Source: a virus | Lineage: Duplodnaviria; Caudoviricetes | Reading direction: 5' to 3' (one strand) | Virus record (IMG/VR): IMGVR_UViG_3300010366_000058 | Span: 1 to 26,797 of that record | DNA length: 26,797 nt | Part shown: positions 15,736 to 24,348 of the stretch, in pieces | Layout: the number at the start of each line of letters is the position of its first letter | How positions within the stretch are numbered: position 1 is the stretch's first letter | Position numbers and translations under genes: made by a program | Notes under the pieces: generated by a model | Databases searched by the model: none | What the model was told of the DNA's origin: nothing | Seen by the model: only the letters and a program-made list of their open reading frames with translations

Positions 15736-17147
15736 TGGTGGACATAGTATTTCCGAAATCGAGTGCGCCGGGCGAGCGGCCTCAGGAAGCTGGGGGCAGG
15801 CTGATTAATGCGTTCAGTCGAGATATGCCCGAGGGCGCGCCGTCGAACTATGCCATACTGAGGACGCCAGGGCTGTTACGGAAGAATATCCTGGCGACAG
15901 ACATCCATACTCGTGGATTCCTCGATTGTGGGGCGACGTTGCTCTGGGCCGTTAACGACAAGCTTTATGCGGTCGATGGAGGATTCAATCCAACCTCGTT
16001 GGGTGCCTTGGCCGGAACAGCCCCGATCACTATGGCGAGGAACTTCAATGCTACGCCCCAGAACCTGGCGGTCACCGAGAATGGTTGCTTCGTGTTGACT
16101 ACGTCCGGGGCACCGGTCGCCTACAGTGACCCTGATCTCCCAGCCAGCCCGACGAGCGTGTGTGAGTTCGACGGATACTTTATATGGACGTTTGGGTCAG
16201 GGGGAATTTGGGCGAGCGATCTCAACCAAACGAGCATAGCCAGCAACTCGTTTGCCGTCGAGCAGGGACTGTTTATTCGGAGGGGTGTGAGGTTCAAGGG
16301 CCGGTTCTTCGCCTTTGGTGATAAGTGGACCTCCGTTTGGAGGGACGCGGGCACGGTGCCATTTCCACTGGATCGCGAGGCAGTGATTCCGAGGGGGATC
16401 GCGGGAACCTTCGCGGTGGCGGGCTGGGAAGTGGGATGGTCGAATGAGTTGATTTGGGTCGGCGACGACTATAACGTTTACCAATTGCAAGGCTATACAC
16501 CGCTCATGATTTCCACGCCAGACGTCGCTAGAATGATTCAGACCGCGGCGCTGGCAGGGGACAAGGGCAAGCTCGAGGCCTCGGTCTTTATGGCTGGGCG
16601 GAATGCGTTCTGGGCACTGACGTATCCGGGGAACTGGACTTGGGTATTCAACCTGACCACGAGTCGGTGGCATGAACTGCAATCGTACAATCGAGGTGAT
16701 TGGAAGGGACGTCGTAGCGTTCGAATGTTTGATAGGTGGGTGATTGGGGCCGCGGCCACTGGCGAGTTGTTCGAGTTGGGACCGAATTACTTCTTCGAGG
16801 GGGTCGATCCACTGATCTGGGAGGCCCAGAGCGGAGTGGTGGCGGGCTTCCCGAATGGAGTGGTTATCCCACGCGCGAGCTTCCACGTGACAACAGGTGT
16901 AGGGGATAACATCTCGGTCGATCCAAGAATCCAGATCTCGTGGTCACTGGACGGTGGACACAGTTACGGCAATCCGGTCACCCGAAGCCTTGGTGGGGCG
17001 GGCTATACCAAGTCCCATCCCTACATCATCGGATGTGGCCTGTCCAGAGGACAGGGTGTGAGGTTTAAGTTGAGGGTCTCGGATCAGGTTCATGTGCAGC
17101 TACAGGGCGGCGCGGTCGAACCACAAAACGCTGGACCGTCGGGTTAG
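15735..17147 (+). CDS. tail hub / DNA stabilisation protein, P22 gp10-like
   Basis: 470 aa beta-rich. RLINAF, SVCEFDGYFIW, TWVFNLTTSRWHE..S, ISWSLDGGHSYGN, FKLRVSDQV. Confidence 0.9.
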   Translation: MVDIVFPKSSAPGERPQEAGGRLINAFSRDMPEGAPSNYAILRTPGLLRKNILATDIHTRGFLDCGATLLWAVNDKLYAVDGGFNPTSLGALAGTAPITMARNFNATPQNLAVTENGCFVLTTSGAPVAYSDPDLPASPTSVCEFDGYFIWTFGSGGIWASDLNQTSIASNSFAVEQGLFIRRGVRFKGRFFAFGDKWTSVWRDAGTVPFPLDREAVIPRGIAGTFAVAGWEVGWSNELIWVGDDYNVYQLQGYTPLMISTPDVARMIQTAALAGDKGKLEASVFMAGRNAFWALTYPGNWTWVFNLTTSRWHELQSYNRGDWKGRRSVRMFDRWVIGAAATGELFELGPNYFFEGVDPLIWEAQSGVVAGFPNGVVIPRASFHVTTGVGDNISVDPRIQISWSLDGGHSYGNPVTRSLGGAGYTKSHPYIIGCGLSRGQGVRFKLRVSDQVHVQLQGGAVEPQNAGPSG

Positions 17148-17158
17148 AGGAGTGAGCT

Positions 17159-18289
17159 ATGGCACTTACCGATCTCTTTACTGGAGCGCCGGGTATCCAG
17201 GCCGCTCAGAACCAGCGTCAGTTCCTCGGAAACCTGATGGGGAACGAGAATTGGAATTTCGGGCGGGTCGAGAACCAGGGCTTGAGTACGCTCGCGGGCG
17301 CTCAAGCCAATCAGCTTGGTACGCTCGTTCCGGCCTATCAACAAGCCGAGGCCACGCTCGGCGGAAGCGTCCCACAACAGCTCGGGGCGATTACTGGCTA
17401 TGGAACTGGGGCAATCAATGCCTTGACTGGTGGTAATGTGGCTGGGGCTGGAGCGCTCGCCGGTGGTCTTGGGGCTTGGGACCCGGTCTCGGGGCTGGCC
17501 AGTAGCTATGCGAATACGGGCCAGGGCTATACCTCGACCATTCAGGACGCCCTAGGTCTGAACGGTCCGGAAGGCGTGGCGCGGGCACAAGGTGCGTTCA
17601 CGGCGTCGCCTGGATACCAGTGGCAATTGGGCCAGGGACTCGAGGCGATCAATCGGGCCCGCAACATGAGTGGGCAACTCGTTGGTGGGAACACTGATCG
17701 GGCAGCCCAGGACTACGGGGCGGGACTGGCCAGCCAACAATGGAACAACTGGATCAGTCAGTTGACCGGCCAGCAGGGCTTGATGGCGCCGCTGGGGCTT
17801 CAAGGTCTGACCTCGGCCGCTGGAGGGATGAGTGGACTGTATACGAGCCTCGCGAACCTGCTCAATCAGGGTGGGCAGGGAGTTGCCAATATTCTGGGAG
17901 GGATGGGCACGAATATCTCGAATGTTCTAGGGGGCGGAGCGACGAATCTGGCGAATTTGATTACAGGGGGTGCGGGTGCGGAGTCAGGGGTCTATGGAAC
18001 CACCGCCCAGCAACAGACTAATCTGTTACAGGCCCTGGCTCAGGCCCAGGCGGGCTTCACTCAGAATATGGCCCAGCCCTACGCGAACACGTATACAACT
18101 CAGGCCAACGCCCAGTTGGGTGGCGCGAACAACTTGATGAGTTTACTCAGTGGTATCGGTGGGGCTCTATTGAGGCCCGGACCGGCAGGGGGCCTTGGAG
18201 CGACTCTGGGTGGTCAACTTGGGTCGGCCGCACTGGGCGGACTCGGTTCGCTCGGATCGAGTCTTATGAGTGCACTAGCGTTCATCTAG
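17159..18289 (+). CDS. DNA ejection (pilot) protein, P22 gp7-like
   Basis: G/A/Q/N-rich with FTASPGYQWQLGQGLEAINR...G...GGNT.RA..DYG.GLASQ.WNNW motif. Confidence 0.85.
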   Translation: MALTDLFTGAPGIQAAQNQRQFLGNLMGNENWNFGRVENQGLSTLAGAQANQLGTLVPAYQQAEATLGGSVPQQLGAITGYGTGAINALTGGNVAGAGALAGGLGAWDPVSGLASSYANTGQGYTSTIQDALGLNGPEGVARAQGAFTASPGYQWQLGQGLEAINRARNMSGQLVGGNTDRAAQDYGAGLASQQWNNWISQLTGQQGLMAPLGLQGLTSAAGGMSGLYTSLANLLNQGGQGVANILGGMGTNISNVLGGGATNLANLITGGAGAESGVYGTTAQQQTNLLQALAQAQAGFTQNMAQPYANTYTTQANAQLGGANNLMSLLSGIGGALLRPGPAGGLGATLGGQLGSAALGGLGSLGSSLMSALAFI

Positions 18290-18298
18290 GAGAGTTAG

Positions 18299-20365
18299 AT
18301 GACTGAACTTAACTTTCCAAAGCTCGATTTCAGTTGGATCGCTGACTTGCCATCCAAGTGGGACGAGGCGGCCCTGCTCAATCAGCAGAAACAAGCACTC
18401 GGCGGACTGGATTTCAGCGATCCGAACAGCCTGGATAAAGCGGCGACCTTGCTCGCGCGTGATCCAAGAGGATTGGGACTGGCCGAGCAGCTTGCGACGG
18501 CCGCCCAGAAACGTCGGGAACTGCAACAGCAACAGGAACTTCAAGGGCTCTTTGGTAAGACGCTCGGTGGTCCGGCCGAGGGCGTGGCTCCCACGGGAGT
18601 TGTTCGTCCTCCGACTGGAGCGCCTCCGACTGGAGCTGCACCAGTGGGCGTACCAGCGGGTGCTCCAACCGCGTTAAGTAATAAGGATCGGTACCTGGCT
18701 GGAATGGCATATCTGGAGTCTGACTTCAATCCGAATGCCAGGAATCCCAACAGTACAGCAACTGGATTGTGGCAGTTTACAAATCCTACCGCTGCAGATG
18801 CGGTCAAAGCGGGCATACCGAACCCTCAAGTCGGTGACTATAAACAACAGGCCGATGCTACCTGGCAGTTTATTCAGAAGTTTCATCCAGATGCGGCGGC
18901 GGCAATTGAGAAAGGTGACTTTGCTCGGGCTGATCAGCTGCTCAATAAGCGATGGCCCAGTCTGCCCGGCGGCTCCCAGATGCAGGGGCCGGGGCGGTAT
19001 GCTACGCGAAATAGTATTCTTGGTGGTGGTATGCCTGGCGGTGGACCGGCGACCGTTCAGGCCGTACCACCACCAGTGCCGCCTCCGGTACAGGTTGCTG
19101 GACCTGGGGCGCCTCCAGCCCCGCCGATGGCGGCCGCGTCAGCAGGACCTCCTCCAGTCGCGGCAGCTCCTCCAGCAGCCACCCCGGGAGCGCCAGCAGC
19201 AGCCCCAGCCCCAGCGGCAGCCCCAGAGGGTCCTCCACAAGAAGGCCAGTTTGATCTTGGTGCGGCCGTGAAGAGGGCCGCCGGCGTTCAGCCATCGGTG
19301 GCGCCGACCTTTCAGCCACAACCAGCCTCGCCTCGAGTTATCAGACTTCAACAAATAGCTAACGCGATGACTGGTCCTGGGGCCGTGACCGCGCGGGAAC
19401 AGGCCGCGGCCGAAGCCAAGTATGAAAGAGATATGCAGACGGCCCAACATGGGGCCTCGCTGAAGCAGTGGGAAGCTCAGACCAAAGTCGATTACGAGGA
19501 CCTGGCCAAGTACAAGACCGAGGTCTTCAATACTGCCGCGGACGCCAGGAAACAGATGGGGACCATCAATGCTATGGACGCGTTGATGCAGTCACCCGGT
19601 TTTATGTCTGGTTCTGGTGCAGACCTCGCCGTGAGGTATGGTGGTAGAATAGCCGGTATAGCCCAGGCCGCAAAGCAAGCGGCCGATATTGCGGGGCTGC
19701 CGGGTCTCGGGGCCTATGCGGATAAGCTTCTGAATGCGGTCCAGTCACGGACAGGCGTGATGGAAGCATTTAATGCATTGCACGCTCAATTAACTCTCCA
19801 GTCCCTTGGTGGTTCACTTGGTCGGCAAATCTCGGATCAGGACCGAAACTTTATATCTGGAATGATTATGAGCTTGGGGGCTACTCCCGCCGCAAACCAG
19901 TTCATTCGTGATTACATGACCGCTCAGAACAAGCGGTCAGAGGAAATAGCCAAGATTGCGAAGGCTTATCGAGGCAGCGATCGAGCCGGACTGGAGGAGA
20001 TACTTAGTCAATATGCTCAGGCTAATCCATTGTGGATGAAGGCCGATGGAACTCCGACCGAGGCCGGTAAGAAAGCCCTCGAGAAGACTCAGAAAGGGGC
20101 GGTAGGTACAAGTGCCGGTGGGCTGACGGGCATGGACTTGATCAGGAGATTTATGGGCGTTCGGACCAGCGAGGAGCAGGCGACTGGAGCACCCTTACCC
20201 GGAGTGCCAAATCCGACTATACCAGCTCCAGCGGCGCCTGCCCAGTCAGCTCCCGCTCCGGCCGCTGGCGGTGGCCGAAGGGCCATCGATGAGAATGGTA
20301 ATGTCTGGATGGTCTATCCGGGTGGAAGAAAAGAGATGATTCAGCCTGGTGCGGGAGGAACCTAA
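18299..20365 (+). CDS. ejection / internal virion protein with lytic transglycosylase-like domain
   Basis: AYLESDFNPNARNPNSTATGLWQFT...RWPSLPG lysozyme-like motifs at about 18680-19020, between Pro/Ala linkers. Confidence 0.85.
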   Translation: MTELNFPKLDFSWIADLPSKWDEAALLNQQKQALGGLDFSDPNSLDKAATLLARDPRGLGLAEQLATAAQKRRELQQQQELQGLFGKTLGGPAEGVAPTGVVRPPTGAPPTGAAPVGVPAGAPTALSNKDRYLAGMAYLESDFNPNARNPNSTATGLWQFTNPTAADAVKAGIPNPQVGDYKQQADATWQFIQKFHPDAAAAIEKGDFARADQLLNKRWPSLPGGSQMQGPGRYATRNSILGGGMPGGGPATVQAVPPPVPPPVQVAGPGAPPAPPMAAASAGPPPVAAAPPAATPGAPAAAPAPAAAPEGPPQEGQFDLGAAVKRAAGVQPSVAPTFQPQPASPRVIRLQQIANAMTGPGAVTAREQAAAEAKYERDMQTAQHGASLKQWEAQTKVDYEDLAKYKTEVFNTAADARKQMGTINAMDALMQSPGFMSGSGADLAVRYGGRIAGIAQAAKQAADIAGLPGLGAYADKLLNAVQSRTGVMEAFNALHAQLTLQSLGGSLGRQISDQDRNFISGMIMSLGATPAANQFIRDYMTAQNKRSEEIAKIAKAYRGSDRAGLEEILSQYAQANPLWMKADGTPTEAGKKALEKTQKGAVGTSAGGLTGMDLIRRFMGVRTSEEQATGAPLPGVPNPTIPAPAAPAQSAPAPAAGGGRRAIDENGNVWMVYPGGRKEMIQPGAGGT

Positions 20366-20366
20366 G

Positions 20367-21851
20367 ATGGCTGACGAACTTCCTGCTGGTTGGAAGTGGG
20401 CCGAGGAGCCAGCGGCCGCGCCCGAGCTTCCATCTGGATGGAAGTGGGCCGAGGATCAACCTGCGGCCCAGCCCCAAGGCGACTATTACCAGCGTCATAT
20501 TGAGGCTCTTAAGAACGCGGGCGTGCCTGAGCCTGCCGCCAGGTTCCTGGGCAATATGACCGTCCTGAATGCCCTCACCGACGCTATCGTTGGGACTGGA
20601 CAGGCCATTAAAGGTACCGCTCAGACAGTTCGGGACGTCTATGAGGGTAAAAAGACCGAGATTACCCCTGCCGAGCTGATGACTATGGCGACGACATTCT
20701 CGCCGGCGAGCGCCGGCGCGGCCGTGCGAATTCCTCAACGGACGTTGCCAGGACTAGCCAAGGACGTTCTCGGGGCGGATATTCCTCAGGGAGTGTTCTC
20801 GCCCCTGGGTAAGCACCTGTCCGATATTCCCACTGTCGGTGGCCCGCTCCAGAAGTCCGCTCAGGAGGCCCTGACCAGTATCGAGGCCGCGGGAGCGCGA
20901 GCGCCTCAGATGGCCGCTGGAAAGCCAGTCACACTCCAAGAGGCCGGAAACGCGGTTCGGGCTGGGGCCAATCGAGAGGTTGTGGGACAGGCTGAAAGGG
21001 TCGCACCGGAAGTCGCCGCGATCTCGGAGAAGAACGCGGCCGAGACGGCCTTCAACGACGCACTGGGTTTGGCCAAGAAAGATGGTGGTAACGTTCAGGC
21101 CCTTGCCTCGTTAAAGCGAGGCATGACCAAGGACGAGTGGGGTATCTTTACAGGCCACGCGATCGAGCAGATGGGACAGACGGCCGCTAAAGACTTCGAC
21201 CACACGACTTTCATGAAGGCCTATGGTGAGTTGTCGCCCGCCGGACGAAAGATGCTGTTCGGAGACAATCCGGAGCTGATGCGCCACCTCGATACACTGT
21301 ATAACGTCTCTCGGACCTATGGTGGACACCTCGAGGCCCTCGCCTCAACGCCCTCGATCTTCTCGGCCCTCAAAAACCTGACCCAGCCCCAACAGCTTGG
21401 TGCGGCCGCAACCGTGAAGGCTCTTGGTGGTGCCAAGCTCGCGGCCGCCGCCGCTGGCGCTCATGTGATTGGACTGCCCGTACTGCCCGCTCTTGGGGTG
21501 TTGATGGGGGCAGGGCGGATCACCGCCAAGATGCTTTCAAAGCCAGAGAACGCGGCCTCGATTGCGAACTGGGCCAAGGCCTATCGAGGTTTCCAAAGCG
21601 TGGCCACGGTACCGGCGGCAGCGACTCTGGCACGGGCCACGAAGGAATTGGCCAATCAGTTGGGAATCGACCCAACTCAATTGAACACGGACGTCTTCAA
21701 GAACTTGCCCGCGACCAAGACTATTCAGGGGGCGATACCTCAGAGTGTCTATGAAGGACTCCAGAACGTTCAGCTTCCGAGCAATCCGTTGAGAATTACT
21801 GTCGGCCCATATGTGCCTCAAGTCGATCCGCGGTTCCTGCCCGCGCCCTAG
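20367..21851 (+). CDS. third ejection / internal virion protein (494 aa)
   Basis: GGGAGG RBS, ATG 2 nt after the previous stop, Ala-rich helical protein, N-terminal ELPxGWKWAE repeat, position in the ejection cluster. Confidence 0.75.
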   Translation: MADELPAGWKWAEEPAAAPELPSGWKWAEDQPAAQPQGDYYQRHIEALKNAGVPEPAARFLGNMTVLNALTDAIVGTGQAIKGTAQTVRDVYEGKKTEITPAELMTMATTFSPASAGAAVRIPQRTLPGLAKDVLGADIPQGVFSPLGKHLSDIPTVGGPLQKSAQEALTSIEAAGARAPQMAAGKPVTLQEAGNAVRAGANREVVGQAERVAPEVAAISEKNAAETAFNDALGLAKKDGGNVQALASLKRGMTKDEWGIFTGHAIEQMGQTAAKDFDHTTFMKAYGELSPAGRKMLFGDNPELMRHLDTLYNVSRTYGGHLEALASTPSIFSALKNLTQPQQLGAAATVKALGGAKLAAAAAGAHVIGLPVLPALGVLMGAGRITAKMLSKPENAASIANWAKAYRGFQSVATVPAAATLARATKELANQLGIDPTQLNTDVFKNLPATKTIQGAIPQSVYEGLQNVQLPSNPLRITVGPYVPQVDPRFLPAP

Positions 21852-21860
21852 GAGGTCGCT

Positions 21861-22988
21861 ATGCCATCATTGTGGAGTAAGTCCGGTTTCATTGAGCGAG
21901 ATAACGACGACGATGTAGCGGTCGGCGCGAAGGCCTATTTCTATCAGGGCGGTACTACTTCCACACTCATAGTTTATCAAGACGCCGCCCAGGGTGCCCC
22001 TTGGACCCAGCCTGTCAGGGCCGACGCGAATGGGCGGTGGCCTCAAGTGTTCATTCCCTATATCACGAACTACGATGTCAAGGTGACCGACGCGGCCGAT
22101 GCTGAATTGTATCATTACGTACTTATTCCTAATCCCGATCCAGCGCCATTGACTACTCCAACGGTCCCGGCCTCGTTCGATCCGGGCCAGGTGATGTTCG
22201 AGTTCAAGGACGGGACCAAGGCTGGCTGGGTACGCTGTAATGGACGGACTATCGGCAACGCCGCCTCGCCAGCGAGCGAACGGGCGAACGCGGACTGCTC
22301 CAATTTGTTCAGCTATCTCTGGGGTAACCTACCCGATGCCCAGGCGCCCGTAAGTCCGTCCCGGGGGGCTTCGGCGGCGGCAGATTTCGCCGCCAATAAG
22401 ACGATCACGCTGCCAGATATGCGGGGCGTGACCTTGATGGGCCTGGACACCATGGGCAACGCCGCGGCCAACGCCTTCGTCGGCCTGACGTTCAACAGCG
22501 GCACGGGTGCGACGCCGGGCTCGAGTGTGGGCGCGAACACAATCGTGCTGACCACCGCCCAGTTGCCAGCCCATACACATACATTCTCGGGGGTGACCGC
22601 GACTCAGTCCGCGGGCCACACTCATACCTACAGCGGATCAACCAGCACCGATCCTGGTCACTCGCATACCGCGAGCGCGAGTGGCGTTGGCGACCACACT
22701 CATAGCTATTTCAACAATGTCAACACTGGGACCAATATCACGGCTGGCGCGAACCAGTGGGGTGTTGCGACTGGTAATGCGGCTACGACTGGGGCAGCAG
22801 GCGCTCACACTCACACCATCACTGTAGACGCGGGCGGCTCGCACGCGCACACGTACAGTGGCACTACGAGCGATGTATCTGGGGACCACACCCATAGCTT
22901 CAGCGGTACGACCAGCTCAATCGGTGGCGGCGGAACAGTTCCCAACCTCCACAAGGTTCTCCTTGGAACGTGGTACATAAAGCTATGA
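21861..22988 (+). CDS. tail fibre with head-binding-like N-terminus, collar domain and HxH repeats
   Basis: AKAYFYQGGT...YQD...PVRADANGR anchor; GWVRCNGRTIG...LPDMRG collar; seven HxH motifs at 22572-22895. Confidence 0.9.
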   Translation: MPSLWSKSGFIERDNDDDVAVGAKAYFYQGGTTSTLIVYQDAAQGAPWTQPVRADANGRWPQVFIPYITNYDVKVTDAADAELYHYVLIPNPDPAPLTTPTVPASFDPGQVMFEFKDGTKAGWVRCNGRTIGNAASPASERANADCSNLFSYLWGNLPDAQAPVSPSRGASAAADFAANKTITLPDMRGVTLMGLDTMGNAAANAFVGLTFNSGTGATPGSSVGANTIVLTTAQLPAHTHTFSGVTATQSAGHTHTYSGSTSTDPGHSHTASASGVGDHTHSYFNNVNTGTNITAGANQWGVATGNAATTGAAGAHTHTITVDAGGSHAHTYSGTTSDVSGDHTHSFSGTTSSIGGGGTVPNLHKVLLGTWYIKL

Positions 22989-23188
22989 ACGAGAACGTGG
23001 CGAAAGTGGCCAGTGATGTGATCAGTGGGTTGAAGGCCAGCCCGGCCTTATTAGCCCTGGTCGCGTTGAACGCGGTAGGTATTGGGGCAGGGGTCTGGTT
23101 CATGAACGCCTTGGCAAATGCCCAGGCTAAGCGATTCGATATGACGATTCAACTAATAAACACACTATGTAAGGGAGGGCTAAAATGA
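22985..23188 (+). CDS. putative holin (67 aa, one transmembrane segment)
   Basis: Hydrophobic PALLALVALNAVGIGAGVWFM; ATGA-coupled on both sides; immediately before the endolysin. Confidence 0.65.
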   Translation: MNENVAKVASDVISGLKASPALLALVALNAVGIGAGVWFMNALANAQAKRFDMTIQLINTLCKGGLK

Positions 23189-24138
23189 GGATCGTGATCT
23201 CGAGTGGCCACGGCAAGTATGTCCGTGGGGCCAGTGGACTGATTGACGAGGTCGATGAGGCGAGGCGCGTTGTCTCGCGAGTCGCGGACTTTCTCAGGAT
23301 GCTTGGTCACGAGGCGACCGAGTTCCACGACAATACCTCGACGACCCAGAACGAGAATCTAAACACGATCGTCAACTTCCATAACTCGCAAGTGCGCGAC
23401 TTCGACGTCAGTGTCCACTTCAACGCCTACGTTCCGACCGATGGAGGTCGGGGGACCGAGGTCCTGTATCTGACACAGGATACGGTGGCGACTCGGGTAG
23501 TCAACTCGATCGCGGAGGCGAGTGGCCTGATCAATCGGGGCATTAAGAAGCGGACCGACCTGTTCTTCCTGAACAAGACCGAGATGCCGGCGATTTTAAT
23601 CGAGGTCTGTTTCGTGGACGCGGGCGAGGACGTCAAGAAGTATCAGGCGAATTTCGACAAGATCTGCGCCGGGATCGCGGCGGTAAGGGAGTCGCCACCA
23701 GTCAATAAGGTGCCAAAGCCGACCTTCTATGCGGCGGGAAAGTGCTCGTGGTTTGGAGGGCCGAAAGACAAGGGAGTGACGCCCGATGAGGGACTGGCAT
23801 TTCTGTACGAGTACGACGACGCACCTCACCTGTTCTTGCCAAAACAGCCCCCAGGGACAACTGGGCTCGCCCGCCGACTCAATCCCAAAGTGTACTATGT
23901 GGCCTGTCGGTGGAACTACGATGTCACCCCAAAGACGATGCTCGCGGACAGTACCAAGAAGGCCAGGGTTAGTGCGGATGGCAAAACCTTCCTGGCCTGG
24001 CCCGCGGACTGGGGACCAAACGAGAACACGGGGCGCGTAGCCGACCTATCCTCCGGTTTGATGGAGGCGCTCGGACTCGAGACCGATCAAGAAGTCGAGG
24101 TATTGTATCCAGTTGTAGTTATCGATGGCGAGACTTAA
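23185..24138 (+). CDS. endolysin: Amidase_3 N-acetylmuramoyl-L-alanine amidase plus C-terminal RlpA-like double-psi beta-barrel
   Basis: Zn-site motifs ISSGHG, DEVDE, SVHFNA, AILIEVCFVD. C-terminal GKCSWFGG...ADWGP...GRVADLS...LGL. Confidence 0.88.
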   Translation: MRIVISSGHGKYVRGASGLIDEVDEARRVVSRVADFLRMLGHEATEFHDNTSTTQNENLNTIVNFHNSQVRDFDVSVHFNAYVPTDGGRGTEVLYLTQDTVATRVVNSIAEASGLINRGIKKRTDLFFLNKTEMPAILIEVCFVDAGEDVKKYQANFDKICAGIAAVRESPPVNKVPKPTFYAAGKCSWFGGPKDKGVTPDEGLAFLYEYDDAPHLFLPKQPPGTTGLARRLNPKVYYVACRWNYDVTPKTMLADSTKKARVSADGKTFLAWPADWGPNENTGRVADLSSGLMEALGLETDQEVEVLYPVVVIDGET

Positions 24139-24168
24139 CTTTCGCGTGACGAATTGGCACTCGTCGGA

Positions 24169-24348
24169 CTACTCTAGCTCTTCGAGCCCCGGGAGGGGCT
24201 CTTCCGACAGCTTGTCCTGATGATCCCACTCGGCGACGATGTCGTGGAGAGCGTTTTTCAGGGCTGGATCGATCCAGGGATTAAGTATCAACGCGTCGAC
24301 CAGTTGGCGAAGACGGCCCTCACGGGCCTCGTTCGGGGTCTGTTTCAT
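24169..24348 (-). CDS. small hypothetical protein (59 aa)
   Basis: GGAG RBS 7 nt before ATG 24348; last gene of the leftward operon, convergent with the endolysin. Confidence 0.6.
   Translation of the reverse strand: MKQTPNEAREGRLRQLVDALILNPWIDPALKNALHDIVAEWDHQDKLSEEPLPGLEELE

Noticed and set aside
4493-22988. Diversity-generating retroelement or invertible tail-fibre system
   Set aside because: No reverse transcriptase or invertase, and no template/variable repeat pair noticed among the fibre genes by eye.
24148-24165. GACGA/TCGTC stem between the convergent operons as a bidirectional terminator
   Set aside because: Only a 5-bp stem with a long loop and no U-tracts; too weak to call.
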